Shown here piece by piece: positions 1 to 10,765 of a stretch of 64,000 bases of DNA; position 1 is the stretch's first letter, and the number at the start of each line of letters is the position of its first letter. The notes beneath the pieces are model-generated. The model made no database searches, had not been told where the DNA came from, and saw nothing but the letters and a program-made list of their open reading frames with translations. The DNA comes from an uncultured Planctomycetaceae bacterium. GTDB lineage: Bacteria; Planctomycetota; Planctomycetia; Isosphaerales; Isosphaeraceae. The stretch spans positions 2,092,271 to 2,156,270 of the forward strand of contig CAWIAD010000001.1 of assembly GCA_963833985.1 (NCBI GenBank), written 5' to 3'. The position numbers were made by a program, and so were the translations under genes.

Positions 1-1539
1 TTCGACCGCATTGCGGCGGGCTTGAACAGCTCGTCGAGGTTCGGCACCGAGCCGTTGTGCAGGTACGGAGCCGTGGCCCAGATGCCATTGAGCGGCCGGG
101 CCTTGTACTGCACCGCCGGGACCGTCTGCGGAACGAATTGCCCCGCGGCAGCCACGTTGCCGATCCGGATTTGCGACAGGTAGTCGTGGGGCGCAGGCCA
201 GTAAGAGCCGAGGATCGTACCGATCACCTCGTTGGTCACCATGACCGATGCGCTCGCGACTGGCGGGATCCGGGTCGTGAACGGAACCAGGTTCACGTTC
301 GCTCCTTCAAGCTTGCCGGAGCGCCCGGTCCGGTTGAAGAAGTTGAGATACGTTGCGGGATCCGTCTGGTCTGGCTTCATGTAGGAGACGATCACCCGGT
401 TGGGATCCTTGCGATTGGCCACCACCGTATGGCAGGTGTCACACTTGAGCCGCTGGTAAATCGCCTGGCCCCTGGCCGCGTCGGCCTGCTGGATTGGAGG
501 AAACCCCGCCGGCCACTGCGGCGACCAGAGGGTCTTCAAGAGGTTCTCCAAGTCTGCGAGATTGCGCAGTGCGCACGGACGACGAATACCCCAGGGGCGA
601 CGGGTCGTCCGGAATCGTGAAGTCGGCAAAGACGCCGAGGACCTCGCCGACATTGCGTGCGAGGCTTTCGGCATCCAGCGGTCCGCCGCTCTTGGCAATG
701 CCGATCCACTGCTCCAGCTCCTGAAAGGGCGTATCCCAGATGAACGGATAACTCACCGGGGCGTTCGCCGGCTGCGTATTGTCGACCGGCGAGGCGGGTG
801 ACTTGAGCGCGTGGTAAAACACCTCGTTGACGATCGCTCCGACTGCGTCGAGGCGGCCATACTCGTCCGGCGCGGGGGCGGGGCGAGCGGGGTCGTATCC
901 CGGGAAATTCCGCTGGTTGTAAGCAACACGGCGGTCGATGACCGCGCCGATCTGGGCTTTCAGGTAGGCCTGTGCGGTGGGATTGTTCTGCTTGCCAAGC
1001 ACCCGCGCGGCGAAGCGCGCGAGCTTTGCCGGATCGTCGCGCGTCTGCTGCATCGCCGTGACCATGCCCGAAAGCAAGGCCCGGACGTCGGCCTGGGTGG
1101 GCGCCCCGTCCACGCGGTAGGCGGTGTCGCCAAGCCGGATCTCGCTGGTATGGCACGCGGCACAGGTCAGTCCCAGCCAGGCTCGACCCGTACCCTGGTC
1201 TGCCACGAAACCAACCGGCAGACCGTCGGGATTGAGGGCGCCAGACAATTGCGGCAAGTAGCGGTATTTGAGGATATTTTGATTATCCCGGAAGAGGGTC
1301 GCCGAATCGGGCTGCTCGAGTGCCAGGAACCAGTCGTAGGGGATGATCTGCGATCCCTGCGACGTGAAGTAAAACCGCAGGCTGACCGCGGGGGACCAGC
1401 CCTGATCGAGATAGACGACCTTCGTCGCCGGTTCGCCCAGCGGGTCTGCCGTGGGCACGAACGCGTCGCGTGAAGGGCCCGGTTCGTCGGCCGCGGCCGG
1501 GCACGACAGCACCAGCGCCATGAGGACAGGGCCAAGCAT
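1..1539 (-). CDS. Diheme cytochrome c peroxidase/RoxA-like secreted protein; apparent frameshift near 572; runs off the window's left edge
   Basis: Signal-like N-terminus MLGPVLMALVLSCPAAA and heme motif CAACH. A second frame continues NLADLENLLKTLWSPQWP...CDTCH...YKARPLNGIWATAPYLHNGSVP. Confidence 0.7.
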
Positions 1540-1823
1540 GGTGGAAGTCTCCGTGAAAGTTGCTCGCACGAGGTGGCAATTGCGTTGAGAAACGCCGAAA
1601 GCGTCCGAAAGGATTCCGTATTTTAGCGGTCCTCGGGAGCAAAGCCAGACACGAACCACACGAATCAGCAGAGAACGGCGCGAGCGGGACGGGCCTTCCG
1701 GCACCTTGACAGCCTCTTGGCGCGGCCCCGATGATAGGCGTTTTGCCCGATCAACCTTCTTGACGGCCACGGCGCGTCCCGCCCGGGTTCTTCGGATATG
1801 CCGAAAAAGAGGAGCATACGCTG

Positions 1824-3911
1824 ATGTTCTTGCGTTCTGGACATGGTTTTCTTCTTGCCAGTCTCTGCCTCATGAGCATTGTTGCGACGGCCTGTGCGGA
1901 TGAAGGCATGTGGGTCTTCAACAATCTTCCGCTCAACACTCTGAAGGCGCGGTATGGCTTCGAGCCGCCAGCCGGCTGGGCCGAGCACCTGAGGTCGGCC
2001 GCGGTGCGTTTCAACAATGGTGGATCGGGCTCGTTCGTATCGGCGGACGGACTGATCATGACGAACCACCATGTCGGTGCGGACACGCTGGCGAAGCTCG
2101 GGACCAAGGACAAGGACTATTACCGCGACGGGTTCTTCGCCAAGAGTTACGACGAGGAGGCCAAGGCCCCCGACCTGGAGCTGAACGTGCTGGTCGGCAT
2201 CGAGGACGTGACCGGGAAGGTCACCGAGGGCCTGACCTCCGGAATGGACGACGCGGCCGCCGAGAAGGCGCGGCGCGGGGCGATGGCCCGCATCGAGAAG
2301 GAGTCGGCGGAGAAGACGGGGTTGCGCAGCGATGTGGTGACGCTCTACCAGGGCGGGCAGTACCACTTATACACCTACAAGAAATACACCGATGTCCGGC
2401 TCGTCTTCGCGCCCGAGTTCGACGCGGCCTTCTTCGGCGGTGACCCGGACAACTTCGAGTACCCGCGCTACGATCTGGACATCTGCTTCTTCCGTGCCTA
2501 CGAGAACGGCAAGCCCGCCCGCCCTCCGCATCACCTGAAGTGGAGCAAGAACGGCAGCAAGGAGGGCGACCTCGTCTTCGTGGCCGGCCATCCGGGGCGT
2601 ACCGATCGCTTGAACACGCACGCGAGCCTGGAATTCCTGCGAGACGTCTCCTTCCCCGGACTCCTCGATTTCTTGCATACGAAGGAAGCCTTCCTGCTGG
2701 AATACGGCAAACGCGGGGCGGAAGCTTACCGGCAGGCGAAGGAGGACCTGTTCGGCATCCAGAACAGCCGCAAGGCCAGGGTCGGCGGCCTGGGAGGATT
2801 GCGCGACGAGACGTTCATGGAGCGCAAGAAGCAGGCCGAGAAAGAGCTCCGTGCACGGATCGCGGCCGATCCGAAGAAGAAGGAGGCCTACGGAGCGGCG
2901 TGGGAGCGAATCGCGGAGGCCCAGAAGTCGGCCGCCCGGCTGCTCAAGCCGTACAACTTCCTCGAGCGCGGGTTCGCGTTCGATTCAAGGCTCTTCCGGA
3001 TCGCCCGGGTCCTGGTTCGACTTGCCGACGAGAAGACAAAGCCCAACTCCGAGCGGCTCAGAGAGTATCGCGAGTCCGGCATGCCGTCCCTGGAGCTGCA
3101 ACTCTTCTCCGACGCGCCCATCTATCCCGAATACGAGGAGGCCAGCCTCACGCAATCGCTGGAATACTGGAAGAAGCACATGCCGGAGCATCCGCTGGTC
3201 GAAAGCGTGCTCCACGGACGCCCACCGGCGGAGGCCGCGCGCGAACTCGTTCGCCACTCGAAGCTGGCCGACATCGCCCTGCGCAAGAAGCTCGCCGAGG
3301 GAGGCAAGGCCGCGGTCGAGCAGTGCGATGACCCGATGATCAAGCTGGCACTCGCCGTTGATGCGGACGCTCGCGCTGTTCGCAAGGAGCGAGAGGATCT
3401 GATCGAAGGGGTGGAAGCCTCGAACTACGCCCTGATCGCCAAGGCGATCTTCGAGGACCAGGGAGACTCGGTCTATCCCGACGCCACCTTCACGCTCCGC
3501 CTGGCGTTTGGCGTGGTCAAGGGATATGAAGTCGACGGCAAGACGATTCCGGCCTATACGACCATCGCCGGCGCGTTCCAGCACGCCGAAAAGCACGGCA
3601 ACACGGACCCGTACGCGCTGCCGCGCTCCTGGCACGAGGCCAGGAAATCGGGCATGCTGAACCTGGAGACCCCGCTCAATTTCGTTTCCACGGCCGACAT
3701 CATTGGCGGCAACTCCGGCAGCCCGGTCGTGAACCGCGACAACGAGGTGGTCGGCCTGATCTTCGACGGCAACATCCAGTCGCTGGTCCTCGATTTCGGC
3801 TACGACGATCAGGTCGCACGCGCCGTGTCGGTGGACTCGCGCGGCATCCTGGAGGCGATCCGGAACATCTACCACGCCGAGCGGCTGGTCAAGGAGATCG
3901 AGACTCCATAG
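1824..3911 (+). CDS. S46 family dipeptidyl peptidase (DPP7/DAP BII-like)
   Basis: DEGMW N-terminus, TNHHV catalytic His, DIIGGNSGSPV catalytic Ser, FDGN motif. Confidence 0.95.
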   Translation: MFLRSGHGFLLASLCLMSIVATACADEGMWVFNNLPLNTLKARYGFEPPAGWAEHLRSAAVRFNNGGSGSFVSADGLIMTNHHVGADTLAKLGTKDKDYYRDGFFAKSYDEEAKAPDLELNVLVGIEDVTGKVTEGLTSGMDDAAAEKARRGAMARIEKESAEKTGLRSDVVTLYQGGQYHLYTYKKYTDVRLVFAPEFDAAFFGGDPDNFEYPRYDLDICFFRAYENGKPARPPHHLKWSKNGSKEGDLVFVAGHPGRTDRLNTHASLEFLRDVSFPGLLDFLHTKEAFLLEYGKRGAEAYRQAKEDLFGIQNSRKARVGGLGGLRDETFMERKKQAEKELRARIAADPKKKEAYGAAWERIAEAQKSAARLLKPYNFLERGFAFDSRLFRIARVLVRLADEKTKPNSERLREYRESGMPSLELQLFSDAPIYPEYEEASLTQSLEYWKKHMPEHPLVESVLHGRPPAEAARELVRHSKLADIALRKKLAEGGKAAVEQCDDPMIKLALAVDADARAVRKEREDLIEGVEASNYALIAKAIFEDQGDSVYPDATFTLRLAFGVVKGYEVDGKTIPAYTTIAGAFQHAEKHGNTDPYALPRSWHEARKSGMLNLETPLNFVSTADIIGGNSGSPVVNRDNEVVGLIFDGNIQSLVLDFGYDDQVARAVSVDSRGILEAIRNIYHAERLVKEIETP

Positions 3912-3930
3912 AGCGGTTTGCACCTGGACC

Positions 3931-3976
3931 GGAGGGCAGGCATTCTCTGGCAGACAGGAATGTCTGCCCCCCTTCC
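3931..3976. repeat. REP-like palindromic element / possible terminator
   Basis: Perfect stem GGCAGACA-GGAA-TGTCTGCC (3949-3968) nested in a longer imperfect palindrome between convergent genes. Confidence 0.6.
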
Positions 3977-4068
3977 AAGACCCGTAAACTGCCTGCAACC
4001 CTTCAAAAAATGGCTCTGGCAGGTGCTTGTCGCCGGCCCCTTACCACGGAGTGCCATCGCAATACCGT

Positions 4069-4764
4069 TCACGGCCGCGCGTAGCGCCGGCCTTTCACGT
4101 GGATGTCGTCGAACATCCCGGTGTCGTCGAACGAGCCGACACCAATCTGGCCGTGGCGGAACGTGCGATCGTGAGCGGTCATCGCGGGGTGATCCATGTC
4201 GTCGAAATAGACTTCGACAAGCCCGTCCGCGACCTTGCGGACGATGCGCACGTGGTGCCAGCCCTCGGTCCACGGAGTGCCGGCCGTGCGCGACCCGGCA
4301 ATCGAGACGCGCGGGGTGCCGTTGACGATGAAGATGCTGTTGGCATGCTCGTCAGCTTGCTTGCCGAGATGAACATAATAGAAATGGCTGGCATCCTCGC
4401 GGCCGAAGAAGAAGCAGAGGTCGCGGTGGCCATAGTCGCGGGTCGTGGAGCGCACCTTCACGTCGAGCACGAAGTCGGTCACATCAAGATCATTCGCCAG
4501 CGCGATGTTCAGCGGCGAGCGCACCGCGGGCTCGTACTTGCTCTGCCGGAATTGCTCGAGCACGCGGTTTGACCCGGGCTGGACGGTACTGATACGCCAG
4601 GCGGCCGGGTCGGTGAACGTCCATCCGGAGGGCTCGGCGCGCTCGAAGTTGTCTTGAAGCAGCGGTGCAAGCGGCTCATCGGCATTCAAGGATGCGGCCA
4701 GGCCTGCCAGGACGGCAAAGCCGGTGAGGGCCGTCCGCAGCGAGTGTCGAAAACGGTTCGTCAT
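4069..4764 (-). CDS. Secreted beta-sandwich (ConA/LamG-like) hypothetical protein
   Basis: AGGAG RBS before ATG 4764, signal peptide, WHHVRIVR and GQIGVGSFDDTGMFDDI motifs typical of lectin-fold domains. Confidence 0.65.
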   Translation of the reverse strand: MTNRFRHSLRTALTGFAVLAGLAASLNADEPLAPLLQDNFERAEPSGWTFTDPAAWRISTVQPGSNRVLEQFRQSKYEPAVRSPLNIALANDLDVTDFVLDVKVRSTTRDYGHRDLCFFFGREDASHFYYVHLGKQADEHANSIFIVNGTPRVSIAGSRTAGTPWTEGWHHVRIVRKVADGLVEVYFDDMDHPAMTAHDRTFRHGQIGVGSFDDTGMFDDIHVKGRRYARP

Positions 4765-4850
4765 GAGGAGTTCTCCTGTTTCGTGCAAGATAGCAGGTTT
4801 TCCAGGGGATGAAAGCATCGCCCGGGGCCGAACGCGGGTGAGCTGCGTTC

Positions 4851-4879
4851 TTGACAGCCGCGCTGGCGACTCCTATCAT
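4851..4879 (+). promoter_or_regulatory. sigma70 promoter
   Basis: TTGACA-N17-TATCAT, directly upstream of the riboswitch. Confidence 0.8.
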
Positions 4880-4894
4880 TCGGAGCGTCCTAGT

Positions 4895-5094
4895 GGTGCT
4901 GGTGGCCGGTCCGGTAGCCTGCCGGAACCGGCGAACAGGGAATCCGGCGCGAATCCGGAACGGCCCCGCCGCTGTGAGCGAGCGCTAAAGAGCGTCTTCC
5001 CCTCTTGTTGCCATTGTTGGTCCGGCCCGCGAGGGATCGGACCGATGAGAAGGCCAGACACTCCAGCTCGCGAGTCAGAAGACCTACCAGCACC
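4895..5094 (+). ncRNA. Cobalamin (AdoCbl, class I) riboswitch
   Basis: P1 GGTGCTGGT/ACCAGCACC; core AACAGGGAATCCGGCGCGAATCCGGAACGGCCCCGCCGCTGTGA; GCCATTG...AAGGC accessory arm; B12-box GAGTCAGAAGACCT. Confidence 0.93.
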
Positions 5095-5227
5095 CGTACT
5101 CGTATCGCTCTGCGCGGGACGAGCGATGCAGAACCGGTCCCCCCGGAATTCTTCCAGCCTCGGTGGCGCTGTGAATTGCGCCCTCGGGCGAAATTCACGG
5201 GGCGGGCACTGGAAGCCGAGGTTCTGA

Positions 5228-5455
5228 ATGATGGCGCGCTTCTCGACACGGGCGGGCGCTCGGGCGCTCGTGATGACCGCGCTCGTCGCCGGATCCGCCG
5301 CGGTGTGCGGCTGCGGGGCGAGCTCGGCGCCGAGCGATGGCACGCTCTCCGAAACCGCCCAGAAAGCACTCCTGAAGCGCAAGGTTGATGTTCAGGACCG
5401 TCCCGGGCGCAAGCCGCGTCCGCCGGGCTCGGGCTCCAGACTCCAGGGGCATTGA
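5228..5455 (+). CDS. Small putative lipoprotein
   Basis: Basic N-terminus, hydrophobic stretch, lipobox-like AVCGC; sits in front of a DUF1559 gene. Confidence 0.65.
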   Translation: MMARFSTRAGARALVMTALVAGSAAVCGCGASSAPSDGTLSETAQKALLKRKVDVQDRPGRKPRPPGSGSRLQGH

Positions 5456-5485
5456 ATCGCGCCCCGAGAACCAGAAAGGGCCACG

Positions 5486-6667
5486 ATGAGGCTGCATCAA
5501 ACACTCGCTCGACCGCGTCTCATGGACCGGCGCGGCCGGGGTTTCACGCTGATTGAACTGCTGGTCGTGATCGCGATCATCGCCGTGCTGATCTCGCTGC
5601 TCTTGCCGGCGGTGCAGTCGGCGCGCGAGGCCGCGCGGCGGGCGCAGTGCGTCAACAATCTCAAGCAGCTCGGGCTGGCCCTGGCCAACTATGAATCCGG
5701 TCAGGGAAGCTACCCGTACGGCATGGCACGCGAGAACACGGGAGCGAACTCGTTCTCGCCCAACGGCTATTACATCGGCAGCAGCGTCTTCGTCCGGCTG
5801 CTTCCTTACCTCGAGCAGCAGGTCCTGGCCAGTTCCTACAATTACAGCTTGACGAACTGGGTTGCCGACAATTCCACCGTGGGAGCGACCGGCCTGTCGG
5901 TCTTGTGGTGCCCGAGCGACGGGGCTGTCTCCGGGCTGCACTTGCAGTTCCCGGGCTGGGGCTGGGACGGCTCGACGCAGATCCTCACCTACACGAGCTA
6001 CGCCGGATCGATGGGCAACTTCTGCAAGGTGCCGATCCATGTCATATCAACGTCTCAGCATATGTCTGTGCTAGCGCAGGCCGACGGGCTTTTCTTCTAC
6101 CTGGGCTGGCCGGGGATCAGCCCCCCCGTGCAGCCGAACCCGATCGCACCCCAGAATCCCGGCGGGATTCCTCCGGTGCGGCTGGCCTCGGTCACGGATG
6201 GGCTCTCGAACACCCTGGCCTTCGGCGAGAAGGCTCACGGCAAGTTCAGCCAGACCCCGGATGCTTACGGATCAATCGATTATCAGTACAACGGCGCCTG
6301 GGTTTCCGGCAACTTCGGCGACACGCTGTTCACGACGCTCTTCCCGATGAACCCGTTCGGCCGGATCAGCGACGACCCCAACCCCAACGGCGATTTTTTC
6401 TACAGCTACGACAACCAGGAAGACAACTTCTCCATCGCTGCATCGAGCTATCACCCCGGCGGCTGCAACTTCGCGTTCGCGGACGGCTCGGTGCGGTTCC
6501 TCAAGGACAGCATCAACTCCTGGCCGTACGACCCCGCGACCGGCAAGCCGACCAACGTGGGCTATGACCCGACCACCTGCCTGTTCAGCGTGGCTCCGGC
6601 CCCTGGCGTGTACCAGGCGCTCGCCACGCGCTCCAAGGGAGAGATCATCAGCGCCGATCAGTACTGA
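5486..6667 (+). CDS. DUF1559 family protein (prepilin-type N-terminus, H-X9-DG motif)
   Basis: [43 protein letters not shown] and HPGGCNFAFADGSV. Confidence 0.97.
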   Translation: MRLHQTLARPRLMDRRGRGFTLIELLVVIAIIAVLISLLLPAVQSAREAARRAQCVNNLKQLGLALANYESGQGSYPYGMARENTGANSFSPNGYYIGSSVFVRLLPYLEQQVLASSYNYSLTNWVADNSTVGATGLSVLWCPSDGAVSGLHLQFPGWGWDGSTQILTYTSYAGSMGNFCKVPIHVISTSQHMSVLAQADGLFFYLGWPGISPPVQPNPIAPQNPGGIPPVRLASVTDGLSNTLAFGEKAHGKFSQTPDAYGSIDYQYNGAWVSGNFGDTLFTTLFPMNPFGRISDDPNPNGDFFYSYDNQEDNFSIAASSYHPGGCNFAFADGSVRFLKDSINSWPYDPATGKPTNVGYDPTTCLFSVAPAPGVYQALATRSKGEIISADQY

Positions 6668-6703
6668 GGCTGGCCGGCGCTGCTAAGTAGAGCCTCGACT
6701 CCA

Positions 6704-6772
6704 GGAATGTGGGCCAGCCGCCCTCGGCTGGCTCAGGACGGCCGAGGGCGGCTGTCCCACACTTTCCCTCTT
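6704..6772. repeat. Dispersed REP-like palindromic repeat, copy 1
   Basis: GTGGGCCAGCCGCCCTCGGC...GCCGAGGGCGGCTGTCCCAC; 26 nt (6709-6734) are identical in reverse complement to 49409-49434. Confidence 0.8.
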
Positions 6773-6784
6773 CTGGGGAGCTAT

Positions 6785-7918
6785 TTAGACATCGATCACG
6801 TAGATATCGACATCCTTCGTCAGCTTCATGAGCTGATCGAGCAGCGCCCCGCCCAGGAGCCGCCGGTACCAGGGCCGCCGGCTCTTGCCGATGACGATGA
6901 CCTTGATGGCGTATTCCCGGGCGAACGCACACATGGTGCTGGCCACGTTCGGACCACGGAACTGCATGGGCAAGCCGCCAAGCTGCTGGGCGAGTTCCAG
7001 GTTCTTGCTCAGAATGCGCTGGGTTGCCGCATCGATGCGGGTGAGGTCTTCCGAGGGGGTCTGAACGTAGACCGCGTACCAGGGCGCATTGAGCCGGTCG
7101 GCAATCCGTGCGGTCTTGCGCAGCAGCGCCGAGGCGTTCGGGCTGAGGCTCGAGATGCCGACCATGACCCGGTCCGTGGTGGCAATGGGCGCCTGGTCGG
7201 CCTCGGCCCTGCGCGTGCGGCGGTCGATCAGGTGGGCGATCTCGGTGAGCGTGAGCTCGCGCAGCCGCGTGAGGTTGACGGGAGTGAAGAAGTTCTCCAG
7301 CGAGGTGTTGATCCGCTCCTCGGGATAGATCTTGCCTGTCCTGAGCCGCTCGATCAGGTCCTCGACCGAAACATCGACGTTGACGATCTGGTCGGCGTCG
7401 GCCAGGACGCGATCCGGAAATCGCTCCTTGACCTTCACGCCGGTGGTGCGTTCGATCTCGTCGTAAAGGCTCTCGAAGTGCTGGATATTCACGGTGGTGA
7501 TGACATGGATCCCGGCGATGAGCAGGTCTTCCACGTCCTGGTACCGCTTGGAGTGCTTGCTGCCGGGAACGTTGGTGTGCGCCAACTCGTCCACGAGGCA
7601 GACGGTGGGCCTGCGCGCCACGATCGCCTCCAGATCCATTTCCCTGAGTTGAACGCCGCGGTATTCGATGACGCGCGGGGGGACGATTTCCAGGTCAGCA
7701 AGCTGCTCCTGGGTCTCCGCGCGGCCGTGGGTTTCCACGATGCCGATGACCACGTCAACGCCCTGCTTCTTCAGCCGCTGGCCTTCGCGGAGCATGGCGT
7801 AGGTCTTGCCGACACCGGCCGCCGAGCCGAGATAGACCTTGAGTCGTCCCCGGGCCTGGCGGCGGATCAGGGTGAGGAACTGCTCGGGGGTTGGCCGGGG
7901 TGGTTCGGCAACGCTCAT
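6785..7918 (-). CDS. kdpD: Sensor-only KdpD (KdpD N-terminal domain plus Usp domain; no TM or kinase domains)
   Basis: RGRLKVYLGSAAGVGKT, VDELAHTN, TTVNIQHFESL, followed by a Usp domain; ends at about 377 aa. Confidence 0.9.
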   Translation of the reverse strand: MSVAEPPRPTPEQFLTLIRRQARGRLKVYLGSAAGVGKTYAMLREGQRLKKQGVDVVIGIVETHGRAETQEQLADLEIVPPRVIEYRGVQLREMDLEAIVARRPTVCLVDELAHTNVPGSKHSKRYQDVEDLLIAGIHVITTVNIQHFESLYDEIERTTGVKVKERFPDRVLADADQIVNVDVSVEDLIERLRTGKIYPEERINTSLENFFTPVNLTRLRELTLTEIAHLIDRRTRRAEADQAPIATTDRVMVGISSLSPNASALLRKTARIADRLNAPWYAVYVQTPSEDLTRIDAATQRILSKNLELAQQLGGLPMQFRGPNVASTMCAFAREYAIKVIVIGKSRRPWYRRLLGGALLDQLMKLTKDVDIYVIDV

Positions 7919-7934
7919 GGCCGTACTCCACGCC

Positions 7935-8500
7935 TCATTCCGCGGCCTGAAGCTCATCCAGGGCCAGGTTCAGCTTCAGCACGTTGATGCGCGGCGGTGC
8001 GCCGATGATCGCCGCAGAGTGATCGGTGTGGCGAGTGATCAGCGCCGGACCCGTTCATCGGGAAGATGGCGGGCGGCCGCGACGCGTCCTGCCTGGTAGA
8101 AGGCGGCCTCCGGGCTGATCTCGGGGTCGAGGCCGGAGCCCGAGGCCGTCACCAGGTCAACCGGAATGGGGTTTTCCGGGGTGGCCTTGAGCGCCTCCGC
8201 CCGCTCGACGACCTTCTTCCGGAGGTCGGGGTTCCTGGTGCCGAGGTTCGAGCCTCCAGCGGCGTCCGCCTTGTAGTCGACGGCCGAGGGGCGGGGGTGG
8301 AAATAACGGTCCGAGGCGAACGGCTGCGCGATCAGCTCCGAGCCGATCACGGTGCGATCGCCCCTGAGGATCAGGCTCCCCTCCGCCTGGTGCGGGAAGG
8401 CAAGCTGGGCCAGCCCCCACACCACCGTGGGATAGGCCACGGAACAGAGGATGAAGGAAACGAGGCAAGCCAGCAGGGCTGTGATGGACTCGCGGATCAT
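7935..8500 (-). CDS. kdpC: K+-transporting ATPase subunit C; apparent 1-bp frameshift near 8045
   Basis: GSELIAQPF, YFHPRPSA, DLVTASGSGLDPEIS; the RINVLKLNLALD tail is in the next frame. Confidence 0.93.
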
Positions 8501-8547
8501 GGTCAAGAATTCTCCAGTCCCAGAGCGTTGAAATGCAAGACCTCGCC

Positions 8548-10695
8548 TCAGCCCATGCCCACAAGGGCGAGCAGCGGGTCGATCAACATGTCGATGAGCT
8601 TGATGCCAGCGAACGGCGCGATCACGCCGCCCAGCCCGTACCAGAGCAGGTTCCTGCGCAGCAATGCCTCGGCACCGACGGGCCGATAGGTCACTCCCTT
8701 GAGGGCGATCGGAATGAGCATCGGGATGATGACGGCGTTGAAGATCACCGCCGCCAGGATGGCCGAGTACGCTCCGCCGTGGGTCGCCAGGCCCATGATA
8801 TCCAGGTTTTTGAGCTCAGGGAGTGTGACGATGAACATCGCCGGGATCACCGCGAAGTACTTGGCCAGGTCGTTGGCGATGGAAAACGTGGTCAGGGCAC
8901 CGCGGGTCATGAGCAGTTGCTTGCCGATCTCGACCACCTCGATGAGCTTCGTCGGGTCGCTGTCGAGATCGACCATGTTGCCGGCTTCCTTCGCGGCCTG
9001 GGTGCCGGAATTCATGGCCACGCCGATATCGGCCTGGGCCAGCGCGGGGGCGTCGTTGGTGCCGTCGCCCATCATCGCCACGAGCTTGCCGCCGTGCTGC
9101 TCCTTGCGGATGTAGGCCAGCTTGGCCTCGGGAGTGGCCTGGGCGATGAAGTCGTCCACGCCCGCCTCCTCGGCGATGGCCTTCGCCGTGAGCGGGTTGT
9201 CGCCGGTGACCATGACCACGCGCAGGCCCATCTTGCGGAGTCGTGCGAACCGTTCGCGGATCCCCTGCTTGAGGATGTCCTCGAGCTTGACGATCCCCAC
9301 GAGCCGATCGTTCTCGGCTACCGCCAGCGGGGTGGCTCCGCGCGAGGCAATAGAATCGACGGTCGGCTGATAGGCCTCCGGGATGGTGCCGCCTTGCTCC
9401 TGGATGTAGCGCGCGATCGTATCGGGCGCTCCCTTGCGAATCCGCGTTCCATCGGGCAGGTCCACTCCGCTCATCCGGGTCTGTGCGGTGAAGTCGATGA
9501 ACCGGGAGCCGGCCGGAGCCTCGCCATCAAGAGCGGCTGGCCTGGCCAGGTCGAGGATGCTCTTCCCCTCGGGCGTGATGTCGGCCATGGAGGCCAGCCC
9601 AGCCAGCCGTGCCAGATGACGGTCGGACACTCCGCCCAGGGGAACAAACTGGGTGGCGCGGCGGTTGCCGATGGTGATCGTGCCAGTCTTGTCCAGCAGC
9701 AGGGTGTCGATGTCGCCGGCCAGCTCGACGGCCTTGCCGCTCTTGGCGATGATGTTCGCCATGAGGGCACGGTCCATCCCCGCGATGCCGATGGCGGCGA
9801 GCAGAGCGCCGATGGTCGTCGGGATCAGGCAGACCAGGAGCGCGATCAAGGTCGGAATGTCGAGGGTCAGCTCGAAGTACCGGGCCATGGGGTAGAGTGC
9901 CGCGGTGACGATCAGGAAGATCAGCGAGAAGGCGGCCAGCACGATGGTCAGGGCAATCTCGTTGGGTGTTTTCTGGCGGATCGCCCCTTCCACGAGGGCG
10001 ATCATCCGGTCCAGGAAACTCTGGCCCGGTTCGGAGGTGACCTCGATGATGATACGGTCGGAGAGGACGCGCGTGCCTCCGGTCACCCCGGAGCGGTCGC
10101 CGCCGGCTTCGCGGATGACCGGAGCACTCTCTCCAGTGATCGCGCTTTCATCCACCGATGCCACACCGGCCACCACCTCGCCATCGGCGGGGATGACCTG
10201 CCCGGCTTCCACCAGTACAAGGTCGCCGGTGCGAAGCTGCGTGGACGGAACGAGCTGGCCGTCCTGGGAAGCGAGGCTTTCGATCCGCAGAGCCGGCGTA
10301 TCCTGTCGGGTCGCACGCAGGCTGTCGGCCTGGGCCTTGCCGCGCGCTTCGGCCAGGGCCTCCGCGAAATTCGCGAAGAGAACGGTGAGCAAGAGCAGCA
10401 GGGTCAGCGCGAACTGATAGACGACGAGCCCCAGCGCGGCACCGGTGATGATGGACTGCACGGTGACAATGGCCGTGAGCACGGTTCCCACTTCGACCAG
10501 GAACATGACAGGATTACGCATCATGGACCGCGGGTCGAGCATGATGAACGAGCGAACGGTCGCCTGGCGGATCATGTGGGGGTCGAACAGGCCGAGCCGG
10601 CGCGCCTGCCGCCTCTGGAGCTTGAACGCCTGGGCTTCGGCGGCGGAGCGCGGCGAGACCGTGGACTGGGTCGAGACTTCGACGCTCATGGGCAA
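8548..10695 (-). CDS. kdpB: K+-transporting P-type ATPase subunit B
   Basis: [33 protein letters not shown]. Confidence 0.98.
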   Translation of the reverse strand: MPMSVEVSTQSTVSPRSAAEAQAFKLQRRQARRLGLFDPHMIRQATVRSFIMLDPRSMMRNPVMFLVEVGTVLTAIVTVQSIITGAALGLVVYQFALTLLLLLTVLFANFAEALAEARGKAQADSLRATRQDTPALRIESLASQDGQLVPSTQLRTGDLVLVEAGQVIPADGEVVAGVASVDESAITGESAPVIREAGGDRSGVTGGTRVLSDRIIIEVTSEPGQSFLDRMIALVEGAIRQKTPNEIALTIVLAAFSLIFLIVTAALYPMARYFELTLDIPTLIALLVCLIPTTIGALLAAIGIAGMDRALMANIIAKSGKAVELAGDIDTLLLDKTGTITIGNRRATQFVPLGGVSDRHLARLAGLASMADITPEGKSILDLARPAALDGEAPAGSRFIDFTAQTRMSGVDLPDGTRIRKGAPDTIARYIQEQGGTIPEAYQPTVDSIASRGATPLAVAENDRLVGIVKLEDILKQGIRERFARLRKMGLRVVMVTGDNPLTAKAIAEEAGVDDFIAQATPEAKLAYIRKEQHGGKLVAMMGDGTNDAPALAQADIGVAMNSGTQAAKEAGNMVDLDSDPTKLIEVVEIGKQLLMTRGALTTFSIANDLAKYFAVIPAMFIVTLPELKNLDIMGLATHGGAYSAILAAVIFNAVIIPMLIPIALKGVTYRPVGAEALLRRNLLWYGLGGVIAPFAGIKLIDMLIDPLLALVGMG

Positions 10696-10765
10696 GGTTC
10701 CGATGGAAGATGGATGGTGTCAGACCGGGAAAAGCAGCGGCGCAGTCGGGCTCTCCGGACAGAGC

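Noticed and set aside
8039-8050. Programmed frameshifting or pseudogenisation of kdpC and other split genes
   Set aside because: No slippery heptamers, and the same single-base-loss pattern recurs in unrelated genes, so sequencing error is more parsimonious.
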